NCBI GenBank assembly: GCA_026414605.1
Contig: JAOAIP010000019.1
Coordinates: 5,242 to 69,241 of the forward strand
Source: Bacteroidia bacterium
Lineage (GTDB): Bacteria > Bacteroidota > Bacteroidia > B-17B0 > Aurantibacillaceae
DNA length: 64,000 bases
Direction: 5' to 3'
Positions 10,084 to 17,522 of this stretch are shown piece after piece. Each line of letters opens with the position of its first letter. Position 1 is the stretch's first letter. The notes beneath the pieces were generated by a model. That model did no database searches, was not told the DNA's origin, and saw only the letters and a list, made by a program, of their open reading frames with translations. The position numbers and the translations under genes were made by a program.

Positions 10084-10199
10084 GCGTGAGGGATGCGAAG
10101 GGCGGCGAAGCCGGTACTGCCCCGAGGAGCGAAGCGACGAGGGGATTACCGAAGCGATAGCGAAGCCCGTAGCAGCCCGACCCGAACACACCACAGCCA
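10084..10199. other. GC-rich island with repeated C-GAA-G cores (unassigned structured element)
   Basis: Exact GCGAAGC at 10105-10111, 10129-10135 and 10160-10166. 6/7 variants at 10095-10101 and 10149-10155. Composition is far more GC-rich than anything else non-coding in the window except the tmRNA. Confidence 0.6.
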
Positions 10200-10205
10200 A
10201 TTGAA

Positions 10206-10240
10206 ATTTTTAAAACGACATTTTTTGTCGTTTTAAAAAT
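10206..10240. repeat. perfect 15-bp-stem palindrome, nested in a 12-bp inverted repeat
   Basis: ATTTTTAAAACGACA (10206-10220), loop TTTTT, TGTCGTTTTAAAAAT (10226-10240). It is bracketed by ACACACCACAGC (10186-10197) and GCTGTGGTGTGT (10274-10285), which are exact reverse complements. Confidence 0.8.
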
Positions 10241-10342
10241 AATGAGATAAAATCATTTACAAAGTTTGGAAATGCTGTGGTGTGTGAGGGGCACGCCCAA
10301 ATAAAAAATGGTATTAAAAGAAGTATCATTCATAAAGTTATT

Positions 10343-10876
10343 TTACTTTAATTGATTAATATCTTTGAACCAAGTGGAGTAAAATAAATAATTTTTTGCA
10401 ATACGTTCTACTTCGCCACTTAATAATTCTGCTGAAATGTCTTTTACTTTTTTTGCGGGGATGCCTGCAAATACGCAATTGTCAGGGACTTCTGTGCCTT
10501 CTAAAACAACAGCCCCTGCTGCGATAATTACATTTTTCCCAATCTTGCAATTGTCCATCACGATTGCCCCCATTCCTATCAACACATTGTCTGAAATGGT
10601 GCATCCGTGAACAATGGCGTTATGTCCAATAGATACATTATTGCCAATATGTGTTTCGGTTTTTTGATACGTGCAATGAATAGTGGCATTATCTTGGATA
10701 TTGACTCTATTTCCTATACGAATTTTATTAACATCACCTCTTACTACAGCATTGAACCAAATACTACACTCATCGCCCATTACTACATCGCCCACAATGG
10801 TAGCATTAGGGGCTACAAAGCAATTTTTACCAAACACAGGAAAAATGCCATTTACAGGATAAATAAAACCACTCAT
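10343..10876 (-). CDS. gamma carbonic anhydrase family / hexapeptide-repeat protein (YrdA/PaaY-like)
   Basis: 177 aa with left-handed beta-helix hexapeptide repeats (IGNNVSIGHNAIVHGCTISDNVLIGMGAIV). The N-terminal VAPNATIVGDVVMGDECSIWFNAVVRGDVN is characteristic. Confidence 0.85.
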   Translation of the reverse strand: MSGFIYPVNGIFPVFGKNCFVAPNATIVGDVVMGDECSIWFNAVVRGDVNKIRIGNRVNIQDNATIHCTYQKTETHIGNNVSIGHNAIVHGCTISDNVLIGMGAIVMDNCKIGKNVIIAAGAVVLEGTEVPDNCVFAGIPAKKVKDISAELLSGEVERIAKNYLFYSTWFKDINQLK

Positions 10877-10950
10877 ATTTTTTGCCTTAAAGGTATCTTA
10901 AATATAATTAAAAATCAACAGTGCTATTTCAACAAAAACAACATTCTTAG

Positions 10951-10958
10951 TATCTTTG
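10951..10958 (+). promoter_or_regulatory. -7 promoter box TATCTTTG
   Basis: TAnnTTTG match 20 nt upstream of ATG 10978. Confidence 0.45.
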
Positions 10959-10977
10959 TGGCATAAATTATTAAAAA

Positions 10978-11709
10978 ATGAAAATTAAACGCTTTACTGT
11001 AGAGGATGTTTATTTTAATATGATGAAGGAAGAATTTAAGGAAAACAAAGTAAAGTCAGAGGAGTCAATGTTTATTTATTTTGCTTCGTATTACATTAAT
11101 CGTTTTTTGCATACAGATTTAAAGATAAAATCATATATTGGATTGAAGGTAAAAGGCCAAACAAAAGATGTTTTTTGTATAACAATCCCTTTTTCTGCTA
11201 TCAATGAAAGCAAGGAAAACAAAAGGTTTTTCAAAAAATATTTTGAAGAATGTATTAAAGATAATGAAAGATACGTTGGTTTATTAAAATTAAATAAGGA
11301 ACAAAAGATTGGATTTTTATTCAAACACGATGAAGAACTTTTAAGTGCTTACAAAACAGGACAATATTCAAAAATATCTGAAAATAAAAAAAAGCGAATG
11401 AAACGGCTCAAAGTCATTGATTATGATATGAAAGTAAAAGCATTTTATGTATATCTTTCTAATCATCAAGAACCCAATCCTGATGAGTGGAAAGAATATC
11501 CTCTTGGAAAAAGCGATAAAATACTTTTTGAGTTATACAAAATGATTTATCCTGAATATTTTTACAATGTGTTGGCTGAACAATTCAATATCAACATTGA
11601 ATATTTAAAGAAAAATCAAGTTCAAATACTTCCTAAACCTAATTTTGAGAATGAGTATCTTGAAATATCTGAAAACGACGAATTGTATTGGTTTGATAAA
11701 AAACAATAA
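10978..11709 (+). CDS. hypothetical protein (no family recognised)
   Basis: 243-aa ORF with its own -7 box and a TAATG stop/start overlap with the next gene. Lys/Glu-rich, with no signal peptide. Confidence 0.55.
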   Translation: MKIKRFTVEDVYFNMMKEEFKENKVKSEESMFIYFASYYINRFLHTDLKIKSYIGLKVKGQTKDVFCITIPFSAINESKENKRFFKKYFEECIKDNERYVGLLKLNKEQKIGFLFKHDEELLSAYKTGQYSKISENKKKRMKRLKVIDYDMKVKAFYVYLSNHQEPNPDEWKEYPLGKSDKILFELYKMIYPEYFYNVLAEQFNINIEYLKKNQVQILPKPNFENEYLEISENDELYWFDKKQ

Positions 11710-12446
11710 TGCAAGGAATAAGGTTATACATTTGGACGACGTTTGTCGTTGTGTTTTTTTTATCTTGCAAAAAAGAAAACGCATTTGATTGTGTAAAAAC
11801 TTCAGGAAAAACAATCACAGAAGAAAGAGAATGTTTGAATTTTCATACTGTTGTTATTGAAGATAAATTAGATGTGTATTTAAAGCAAGATAATTTTTAT
11901 GTGTCTGTTACAGCAGGAAAAAATTTAATGAAGAACATTCATACAGAAGTAAAAAACGAAACCCTGTATGTTTCAAATAAAAACAAGTGCAATTTCATCA
12001 GAGACCCTAAGAAAAAAATACAAGTAGAAATCCATTTGCCAAAACTTAAATTCTTAAAACACAATGGTAGTGGTAATGTATATTCTTTAAATACTTTTGT
12101 TCAAGACACAATGCTATTGCGAATAGAATCCCCAGGAGATGTGCATTTGCAAGTTCAAACGCATTACTTTGGCGGAAGCACGCACGGAAATGGGGATTTA
12201 TATGTTTCAGGAAACACAGATTATTTTTATTACAACTACAACGGCACAAATTATATTTATGCTTCGTCATTAAATATCCATACCTATACTTATTTAGAAA
12301 GTCATTCGGTAGGGAATGCTTATATTCAATTAAACAACATTGGTCTGGATGCTAAATTATTTACAGATGGAAATATCTATTATACAGGAAATCCAATGTA
12401 TGTAAATTATGTTTCAAAAGGAAAAGGTAAGGTGATGAAGCAGTAA
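11709..12446 (+). CDS. DUF2807 / head GIN domain lipoprotein (putative adhesin-head-like beta-helix)
   Basis: Lipobox FFLSC. Repeated GSGNV / GNGDLYVSG / SVGNAYI motifs are characteristic of DUF2807. Confidence 0.65.
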   Translation: MQGIRLYIWTTFVVVFFLSCKKENAFDCVKTSGKTITEERECLNFHTVVIEDKLDVYLKQDNFYVSVTAGKNLMKNIHTEVKNETLYVSNKNKCNFIRDPKKKIQVEIHLPKLKFLKHNGSGNVYSLNTFVQDTMLLRIESPGDVHLQVQTHYFGGSTHGNGDLYVSGNTDYFYYNYNGTNYIYASSLNIHTYTYLESHSVGNAYIQLNNIGLDAKLFTDGNIYYTGNPMYVNYVSKGKGKVMKQ

Positions 12447-12519
12447 AAGAGAATTCATCTATAAAGTATAGTCCCAATAATTATTCAAACGTCTCGTTGC
12501 TCATTCCTTTTTTTTTAAC

Positions 12520-12527
12520 TATGTTTG
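12520..12527 (+). promoter_or_regulatory. -7 promoter box TATGTTTG
   Basis: TAnnTTTG match 17 nt upstream of ATG 12544. Confidence 0.45.
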
Positions 12528-12543
12528 TCCAAAAAATTAAACT

Positions 12544-13551
12544 ATGGAATTGTATTTGGATTCTGCAAATATGCAGGAAATTGAGGAAGCATTTAAACTG
12601 GGATTTTTAACAGGACTTACTACCACACCTACGTTTATGCAGCGAGAAGGCATCACAGATATTGATGCTACTATTGTGAAATTGAGCAAGATGGTGCCCA
12701 TTCTTCAAATAGAAGCGCTTGGAAATACCGCAGAGGAAATCCTTGCAGAAGCCGACAGACAAATTGCACTTGGACTTGATCCACAAAAAACGGTATTTAA
12801 AATCCCTGTGTCTTTAGAAGGTGTGAGAGCGTGTAAAATGTTGAGAAATAAAGGATATTTAGTAAATATTCATTTAGTATATACATTGCAGCAAGCATAT
12901 ATGGCAATGCAAGCAGGGGCTACTTACGTATGTCCATTAGTAGGCCGTTTGCAAGACCAAGGACACGACGCATTAGCACTTATTGATCAATGTGTAAAAG
13001 CCGTTAATTATTACAAATATCCTACAAAGATTATGTTTTCTTCTGTTCGTCATACCGAGCACGTGCGCAATGCCATCAACCTTGGCGTTCATACGATTAC
13101 TGTGCCTTGGAAAGTGATGAAACAACTTACGGAAAACAATCTTACAACTCTTGGCACAGAACAATTTATCATTGATACTAAATTAATGACCAAACGTGTA
13201 AAAGATGTTATTAGAAATGTAAATCCTGTGGTGTCTATCAATACAAAATTAACCGATGCCATTATTAAAATGACAGAATATGGATTTGGTGCAATAACAA
13301 TTGTAGATGATAACGATGTTGTAAAAGGTATATTTACGGATGGCGATTTAAGAAGAAGTATAATGAAAGAGGGATCTAAGTTTTTAGAGAAAAAATTATC
13401 AGATTTAAATTTTAAGACGCCCTATACCATCAAAGCCAATGCTTTATTAAACGATGCTTATCAAATGTTCAAAAAAACAAATGTGGATACTATTGTAGTA
13501 GTAGATGATAATAATAAAGCCATTGGAATGATTGATATTCAAGATGTGTAA
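12544..13551 (+). CDS. transaldolase/fructose-6-phosphate-aldolase-like domain fused to a C-terminal CBS pair
   Basis: Residues 1-215 align by eye with the canonical Fsa/TalC paralog at 18411: LDSAN vs IDTAN, TTTP vs TTNP, Schiff-base Lys context VFKIPVS vs VVKVPMT, GATYVCPLVGRL vs [12 protein letters not shown]. The C-terminal 120 aa carry two CBS motifs (GAITIVDDNDVVKGIFTDGDLRR; VDTIVVVDDNNKAIGMIDIQDV), as in KpsF/KdsD. Confidence 0.7.
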   Translation: MELYLDSANMQEIEEAFKLGFLTGLTTTPTFMQREGITDIDATIVKLSKMVPILQIEALGNTAEEILAEADRQIALGLDPQKTVFKIPVSLEGVRACKMLRNKGYLVNIHLVYTLQQAYMAMQAGATYVCPLVGRLQDQGHDALALIDQCVKAVNYYKYPTKIMFSSVRHTEHVRNAINLGVHTITVPWKVMKQLTENNLTTLGTEQFIIDTKLMTKRVKDVIRNVNPVVSINTKLTDAIIKMTEYGFGAITIVDDNDVVKGIFTDGDLRRSIMKEGSKFLEKKLSDLNFKTPYTIKANALLNDAYQMFKKTNVDTIVVVDDNNKAIGMIDIQDV

Positions 13552-13554
13552 AAA

Positions 13555-14259
13555 ATGAATACGGTATTTGAAAAGTTTCAGCAAAAAGGAGGCCGTTTTC
13601 TAATTAATGAAAGGTTATTTTTAAATCGCTTAGATAAAATCAAGTTGTTTATTTTTGATTGGGACGGCGTATTTACTAATGGATTAAAAGATGCCCAACT
13701 TCAAAGTCAGTTCAATGAATCGGACTCGGTAGGATTAAACTTGTTGCGTTTTTCTTATTTTTTAGTAAACAAAAAAACGCCCATAGTAAGCATTATTTCT
13801 GGTGAAAAAAATCAATCGGCTTTTACTTTAGCCCAGAGAGAACACATACATAGACACTACTTCAAGATACCACATAAAATTTTAGCATTTCAACATTTAT
13901 GTCAATCTTTTAATGTTTCACCAAAAGAATGTTGTTTTGTATTTGATGATATTTTAGATTTGAGCATAGCACAAGAATGTGGCTTGAGAATGTATATTCA
14001 AAAAACTTCTGCAGTTCTCTTTAATGACTATGTAATAAAAAATTTATTAGCCGATTATATTAGTTTTTCAAGTGGTTCAAACAATGCTGTAAGAGAAATT
14101 ACAGAGTTATTAATTGGTGCTTATGATAATTTTGAAGAAGTGATCCGACATCGTATCCAATACGATGATATTTATCAAACGTATTTAAAACAAAAAAAAT
14201 CAGTAACAACGGAGAATTACACATATATTGATAATACTATTCAACTTGTTCAATTATAG
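13555..14259 (+). CDS. HAD-IIIA family phosphatase, KdsC-like
   Basis: Motif I FIFDWDGVFTNG (DxD nucleophile). Later VFDDILDLSIAQECGL resembles the KdsC GDDxxD motif. Longer than typical KdsC. Confidence 0.55.
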   Translation: MNTVFEKFQQKGGRFLINERLFLNRLDKIKLFIFDWDGVFTNGLKDAQLQSQFNESDSVGLNLLRFSYFLVNKKTPIVSIISGEKNQSAFTLAQREHIHRHYFKIPHKILAFQHLCQSFNVSPKECCFVFDDILDLSIAQECGLRMYIQKTSAVLFNDYVIKNLLADYISFSSGSNNAVREITELLIGAYDNFEEVIRHRIQYDDIYQTYLKQKKSVTTENYTYIDNTIQLVQL

Positions 14260-14262
14260 TTT

Positions 14263-15288
14263 ATGCTTATTCGTAGCAAAGCCCCATTAAGATTAGGATT
14301 AGCAGGAGGCGGTACAGATGTATCACCTTATTCAGATATTTATGGCGGATCTGTTTTGAATGCTACTATAAATCTATATGCCGTAACTACTATTGAACCT
14401 ACTACTAATAATACAATTGAATTAACTTTGGGAAATTATGGAAAGAGTAAAACATTTAAGAGTGAAAGACATATTGAAATTGAACAACCCTACGAGTTGA
14501 TATTAGCCGTTTATAATCGCATTGTTAAAATGTTTGATTTACCGCCTTTGTCTTTCAAATTACATTGTTACATAGAAGCCCCACAAGGTTCAGGATTAGG
14601 AACTTCATCTACATTAGTAGTATCTATTTTAGGATGTTTTACAGAATGGCTTAAACTTCCTTTGGGAAAATATGATATCGCACATCTTGCTTATGAAATA
14701 GAACGGCTTGATTTAAAAATGCACGGGGGAAAACAAGACCAATATGCGGCTACTTTTGGAGGTATCAACTTTCTTGAATTTTATGCCAATGATAAAGTCA
14801 TTGTCAATCCTTTGGATATTAAACCGCATATCAAAAAAGAATTAGAATTGTGTTTATTGCTCTATTTTACAGACACTCAAAGACATTCCTCTGAAATCAT
14901 CAAAGAACAAATTCAAAATGTTCAATCCAATAAAACAACCTCTATTGAAGCAATGCATCATTTGAAAGAACAAGCGTTGTTATTAAAAGATTATTTATTA
15001 AAAGGAGAATTAAATAAAATTGGAGAACTTTTACACTTTGGTTGGATACATAAAAAGCAAATGGCAAGCAATATATCCAATACATTAATTGACAACATCT
15101 ATGAGTCCGCACTCAAAGCAGGTGCTACGGGAGGAAAAATATCCGGAGCAGGAGGAGGGGGATTTATGTTTTTTTATTGTCCTAAAAATACAAAGTTAGA
15201 AGTGGCTAATGCAGTATTAAAGTTTGGTGGAAAAACTCAACCCTTTCAATTTACAACTGAGGGCTTAACGACTTGGACGGTGGATTAG
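14263..15288 (+). CDS. GHMP-family sugar-phosphate kinase (HddA / heptose-7-phosphate kinase-like)
   Basis: N-terminal RSKAPLRLGLAGGGTDVSPY, GHMP motif II PQGSGLGTSSTLVV and C-terminal GGKISGAGGGGFMFFY. This pattern matches HddA-like kinases. Confidence 0.75.
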   Translation: MLIRSKAPLRLGLAGGGTDVSPYSDIYGGSVLNATINLYAVTTIEPTTNNTIELTLGNYGKSKTFKSERHIEIEQPYELILAVYNRIVKMFDLPPLSFKLHCYIEAPQGSGLGTSSTLVVSILGCFTEWLKLPLGKYDIAHLAYEIERLDLKMHGGKQDQYAATFGGINFLEFYANDKVIVNPLDIKPHIKKELELCLLLYFTDTQRHSSEIIKEQIQNVQSNKTTSIEAMHHLKEQALLLKDYLLKGELNKIGELLHFGWIHKKQMASNISNTLIDNIYESALKAGATGGKISGAGGGGFMFFYCPKNTKLEVANAVLKFGGKTQPFQFTTEGLTTWTVD

Positions 15289-16171
15289 GTAATAAAAATT
15301 TTTCCTTTAAGGACGAATCAAAATAAGGTGTTTGATGTACTTTGTAATTATTCCAATAAATTGGAAAATGTTTTTTCATAAAAGTATCAATATTACGCAT
15401 ACCTATTAAGTACCAAAGTCCTTTCAAAATACCAATTGGTGTAGTATTGATGGATCGCATACTCATTGCTATGCTATTTTCTAGATACTCAATATGGTGC
15501 CAAAATCCTGGAGGCATTATCAAAGCATCAGATGGTTCTAATATCACTTCATATCCTTGTGCTTCTTTGAGTTTAGGAAACTGTGTTTCTAATTCATTTA
15601 TTCTTTCAGCATAATTGGAAAAATCTACCCAACTCAATACTTCAAAAGGTTTTCTGTATAAAAGATGTTGTTGGTCAAATGGAAACAACAAAAACTTTTT
15701 TCTGCCATAAATTTGAACGTGTAAAACAGTACTATAATCAATATCAAAATGTATATGAGTAATGGACCCCTTTCCCCCTATAAATAACATTGGGGCTTGC
15801 TTTACAATAGGAGAAATAACATCGGTTGGATAATCAAAATCTTTTAGTAATTCAGGGGCTTGTGTGTAGATATTGAATAAAAACAAACGCCATTTATGTT
15901 CAGGATGTTGTAAAATGTTTTGAATGTAATCGCTAAAAGACATATAATCGTCGGCAGTATTGACAGGCGTATAAGCGTCACTTTTGACATTGTTGTACAA
16001 TGGGACTTTTATATCTTTGATTTTATTTTGGAGATATTCGGGAGTCCACAAATTTTGGGCTTTCCAACGATGTGCAAAATTTTTTAATACAACAGGCGTT
16101 TGTTGGCTAATGTAATTGCGAATTTGCTTTTTACCTACGACAGTCAATATTTTAGGAGATTTTAAATGCAT
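15251..16171 (-). CDS. JmjC / cupin-8 domain protein (putative 2-oxoglutarate/Fe(II) oxygenase)
   Basis: GSITHIHFD (HxD), KKFLLFP and PPGFWHHIEY are cupin/JmjC signatures. I start at ATG 16171 (MHLKSPKIL), because the track start 16255 would overlap the tmRNA 3' end. The 3' end overlaps the convergent kinase gene by 38 nt. Confidence 0.75.
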   Translation of the reverse strand: MHLKSPKILTVVGKKQIRNYISQQTPVVLKNFAHRWKAQNLWTPEYLQNKIKDIKVPLYNNVKSDAYTPVNTADDYMSFSDYIQNILQHPEHKWRLFLFNIYTQAPELLKDFDYPTDVISPIVKQAPMLFIGGKGSITHIHFDIDYSTVLHVQIYGRKKFLLFPFDQQHLLYRKPFEVLSWVDFSNYAERINELETQFPKLKEAQGYEVILEPSDALIMPPGFWHHIEYLENSIAMSMRSINTTPIGILKGLWYLIGMRNIDTFMKKHFPIYWNNYKVHQTPYFDSSLKEKFLLPNPPSKSLSPQL

Positions 16172-16216
16172 ATAAACAAAATTAATTACATTTGAATTCC
16201 TAAGTTTATAAAAATG

Positions 16217-16570
16217 TGGACCCGCTCCGAATCGAACGGAGGTCCAAGTAAGCAATGAGTAAGTTTTCTACAGGTTTAGTGTTCACTTTCGCATTCGGTA
16301 CAAAGCAAGCAGAACACCGCTTATACTTTGTACCTATCCGCTGGTAGTCATCTTTCGTAGCGGAGTCCGAAAGATGCTCTGTCTCTTTCCGACGCCTTAC
16401 ACCTTTCGCCAGACAGAAGGGCTAAAGGGAAGACGGGCTGCAACTATTAGGCAGCCATTGCGAAGTTAGATTCGCCATTTAAGTTTTGGAGACGAGATTT
16501 AAGAGCATTGTCCCCATTGCTCTACCTGCTTACTTACCCATTGTTCTTACTGTCGATACCTGTCGGGCCC
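16217..16570 (-). ncRNA. ssrA: tmRNA (transfer-messenger RNA)
   Basis: On the reverse strand the 5' GGGCCCG pairs with the 3' CGGGUCC, including the G3-U alanine identity pair. T-arm GGACCUCCGUUCGAUUCGGAGC. Tag reading frame GGC GAA TCT AAC TTC GCA ATG GCT GCC TAA TAG (16476-16444) encodes GESNFAMAA, close to the usual Bacteroidota GExNYALAA tags. CCA is not encoded. Confidence 0.95.
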
Positions 16571-16650
16571 AATGTTTTCAAAGTGCAGTTTCTTAAATCA
16601 AGTTTTATACCAATTTATTATTTACCGCAAAAATGGCAGAAAGGTGGTTA

Positions 16651-17254
16651 TTATTTTGACCAGTTTTTAGGTTTGAATTTTTTATCATTTAATATCTTAG
16701 CAGATTCACCGGTGGCTTTGATTACAAACAATCCTTTTTTATAAGCGTATTTATCGGCTTCTTCATTCACATTTAAATAAGCAACAGCACCATAGATATT
16801 TTTGTTTTTATATTCTGAAAATACTTTTTTGAATACTTTCAGTTTTTCAATATTCATTAACGTCTTCAACTCTTAAGGTTGTTTTTACTTCTACAGCGAC
16901 AATATCAGTTCCATTGATGACTAAGATGTCAATTTCAATTTCTTTTCCATTGTATAAGCTTTTTACTCTTTGACGAGTACCTCTTACATCTATTCCTCTT
17001 TCTCGCAGTATTTTTGCTAAGTTACCTTCTACTAATGATTCAACAAGGTTTCCCCAATGTCCTATAAAAAGATTTTCTAATTGTCTTAGTTTTTTTTCGG
17101 TTTTGAGTGATTCTTCTTTTAATAATTGTTTTGTTTCTTCAAATTGTTTAGCAGTTTCTTGAAACTTTTTGTCTGTTTCTTGGAATTTTTTGTCTGTTTC
17201 TTGGAATAATTTCCATATTTTTTCAAAATCAAGTTTTTCAGATTTTGCTTTCAT
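16651..17254 (-). pseudogene. coiled-coil plus PD-(D/E)XK nuclease-like protein (DUF3782-like), split by a 1-nt frameshift
   Basis: The 135-aa and 72-aa ORFs overlap at 16847-16869 and together make one family-like protein. EIDILV...VAVEVKT gives a D...ExK motif. The sequence then continues as IEKLKVFKKVF...YGAVAYLNVNEEADKYAYKKGLFVIK. Skipping one base in GTTAATGAATATTGAAAAACTG restores the frame. Confidence 0.65.
17166..17207. repeat. perfect 2 x 21-bp tandem repeat inside the frameshifted gene
   Basis: TTTTTGTCTGTTTCTTGGAAT occurs twice in tandem (17166-17186, 17187-17207), with degenerate copies just upstream. It encodes FQETDKK FQETDKK FQETAKQ FEETKQ. Confidence 0.9.
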
Positions 17255-17260
17255 AAAGAG

Positions 17261-17506
17261 TTATTTATGATTCTTTATCCCTTTAATAAACCGAATGATT
17301 TCTTTTCTAAAAAAGAAAGCCATTAAAATATAAGGAATCACCATTAAATAAATAATGCCCTCGTTGATACCTTTGGCTACTGAATTAGGATTGTTTTGTA
17401 AATCGCTTTCAGCGGCGGCTTTACACATGGCACATTGTGCCAATAAAGATAGTTGATTTCCTACTATCATCAGTATAAACAATGTGAAAAAAAATATTTT
17501 TCTCAT
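17261..17506 (-). CDS. small membrane protein with a CxxC motif (hypothetical)
   Basis: 81 aa with a signal/TM segment, a QCAMCKAAAE motif and a second TM helix. Tightly spaced within a run of minus-strand genes. Confidence 0.5.
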   Translation of the reverse strand: MRKIFFFTLFILMIVGNQLSLLAQCAMCKAAAESDLQNNPNSVAKGINEGIIYLMVIPYILMAFFFRKEIIRFIKGIKNHK

Positions 17507-17522
17507 AAAAAAATAATTTTAA

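Noticed and set aside
10084-10199. GC-rich island as a tRNA or other standard RNA gene
   Set aside because: I could not find an acceptor stem or T-arm (GTTCGAATC-type loop with complementary 5-bp flanks) on either strand. It does not resemble the SRP, RNase P or 6S RNA layouts that I know.
10186-10285. Retron-like layout (flanking a1/a2-style 12-bp inverted repeats around a long perfect hairpin)
   Set aside because: No reverse transcriptase gene lies adjacent or anywhere in the window. Neighbouring genes are a gamma-CA-like protein and a PagL-like protein. It is kept only as an unexplained structure under the GC-island finding.
10607-10966. 119-aa plus-strand ORF
   Set aside because: It is antisense to the well-supported gamma-carbonic-anhydrase-like gene.
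16172-16255. N-terminal 28 codons of the 334-aa JmjC-like ORF
   Set aside because: They overlap the tmRNA 3' end (16217 onward). The internal ATG at 16171 gives a normal start.
16508-16744. 78-aa plus-strand ORF
   Set aside because: Its first part lies antisense over the 5' part of the tmRNA gene, and the rest overlaps the frameshifted minus-strand gene. It is an artefact of ORF calling.
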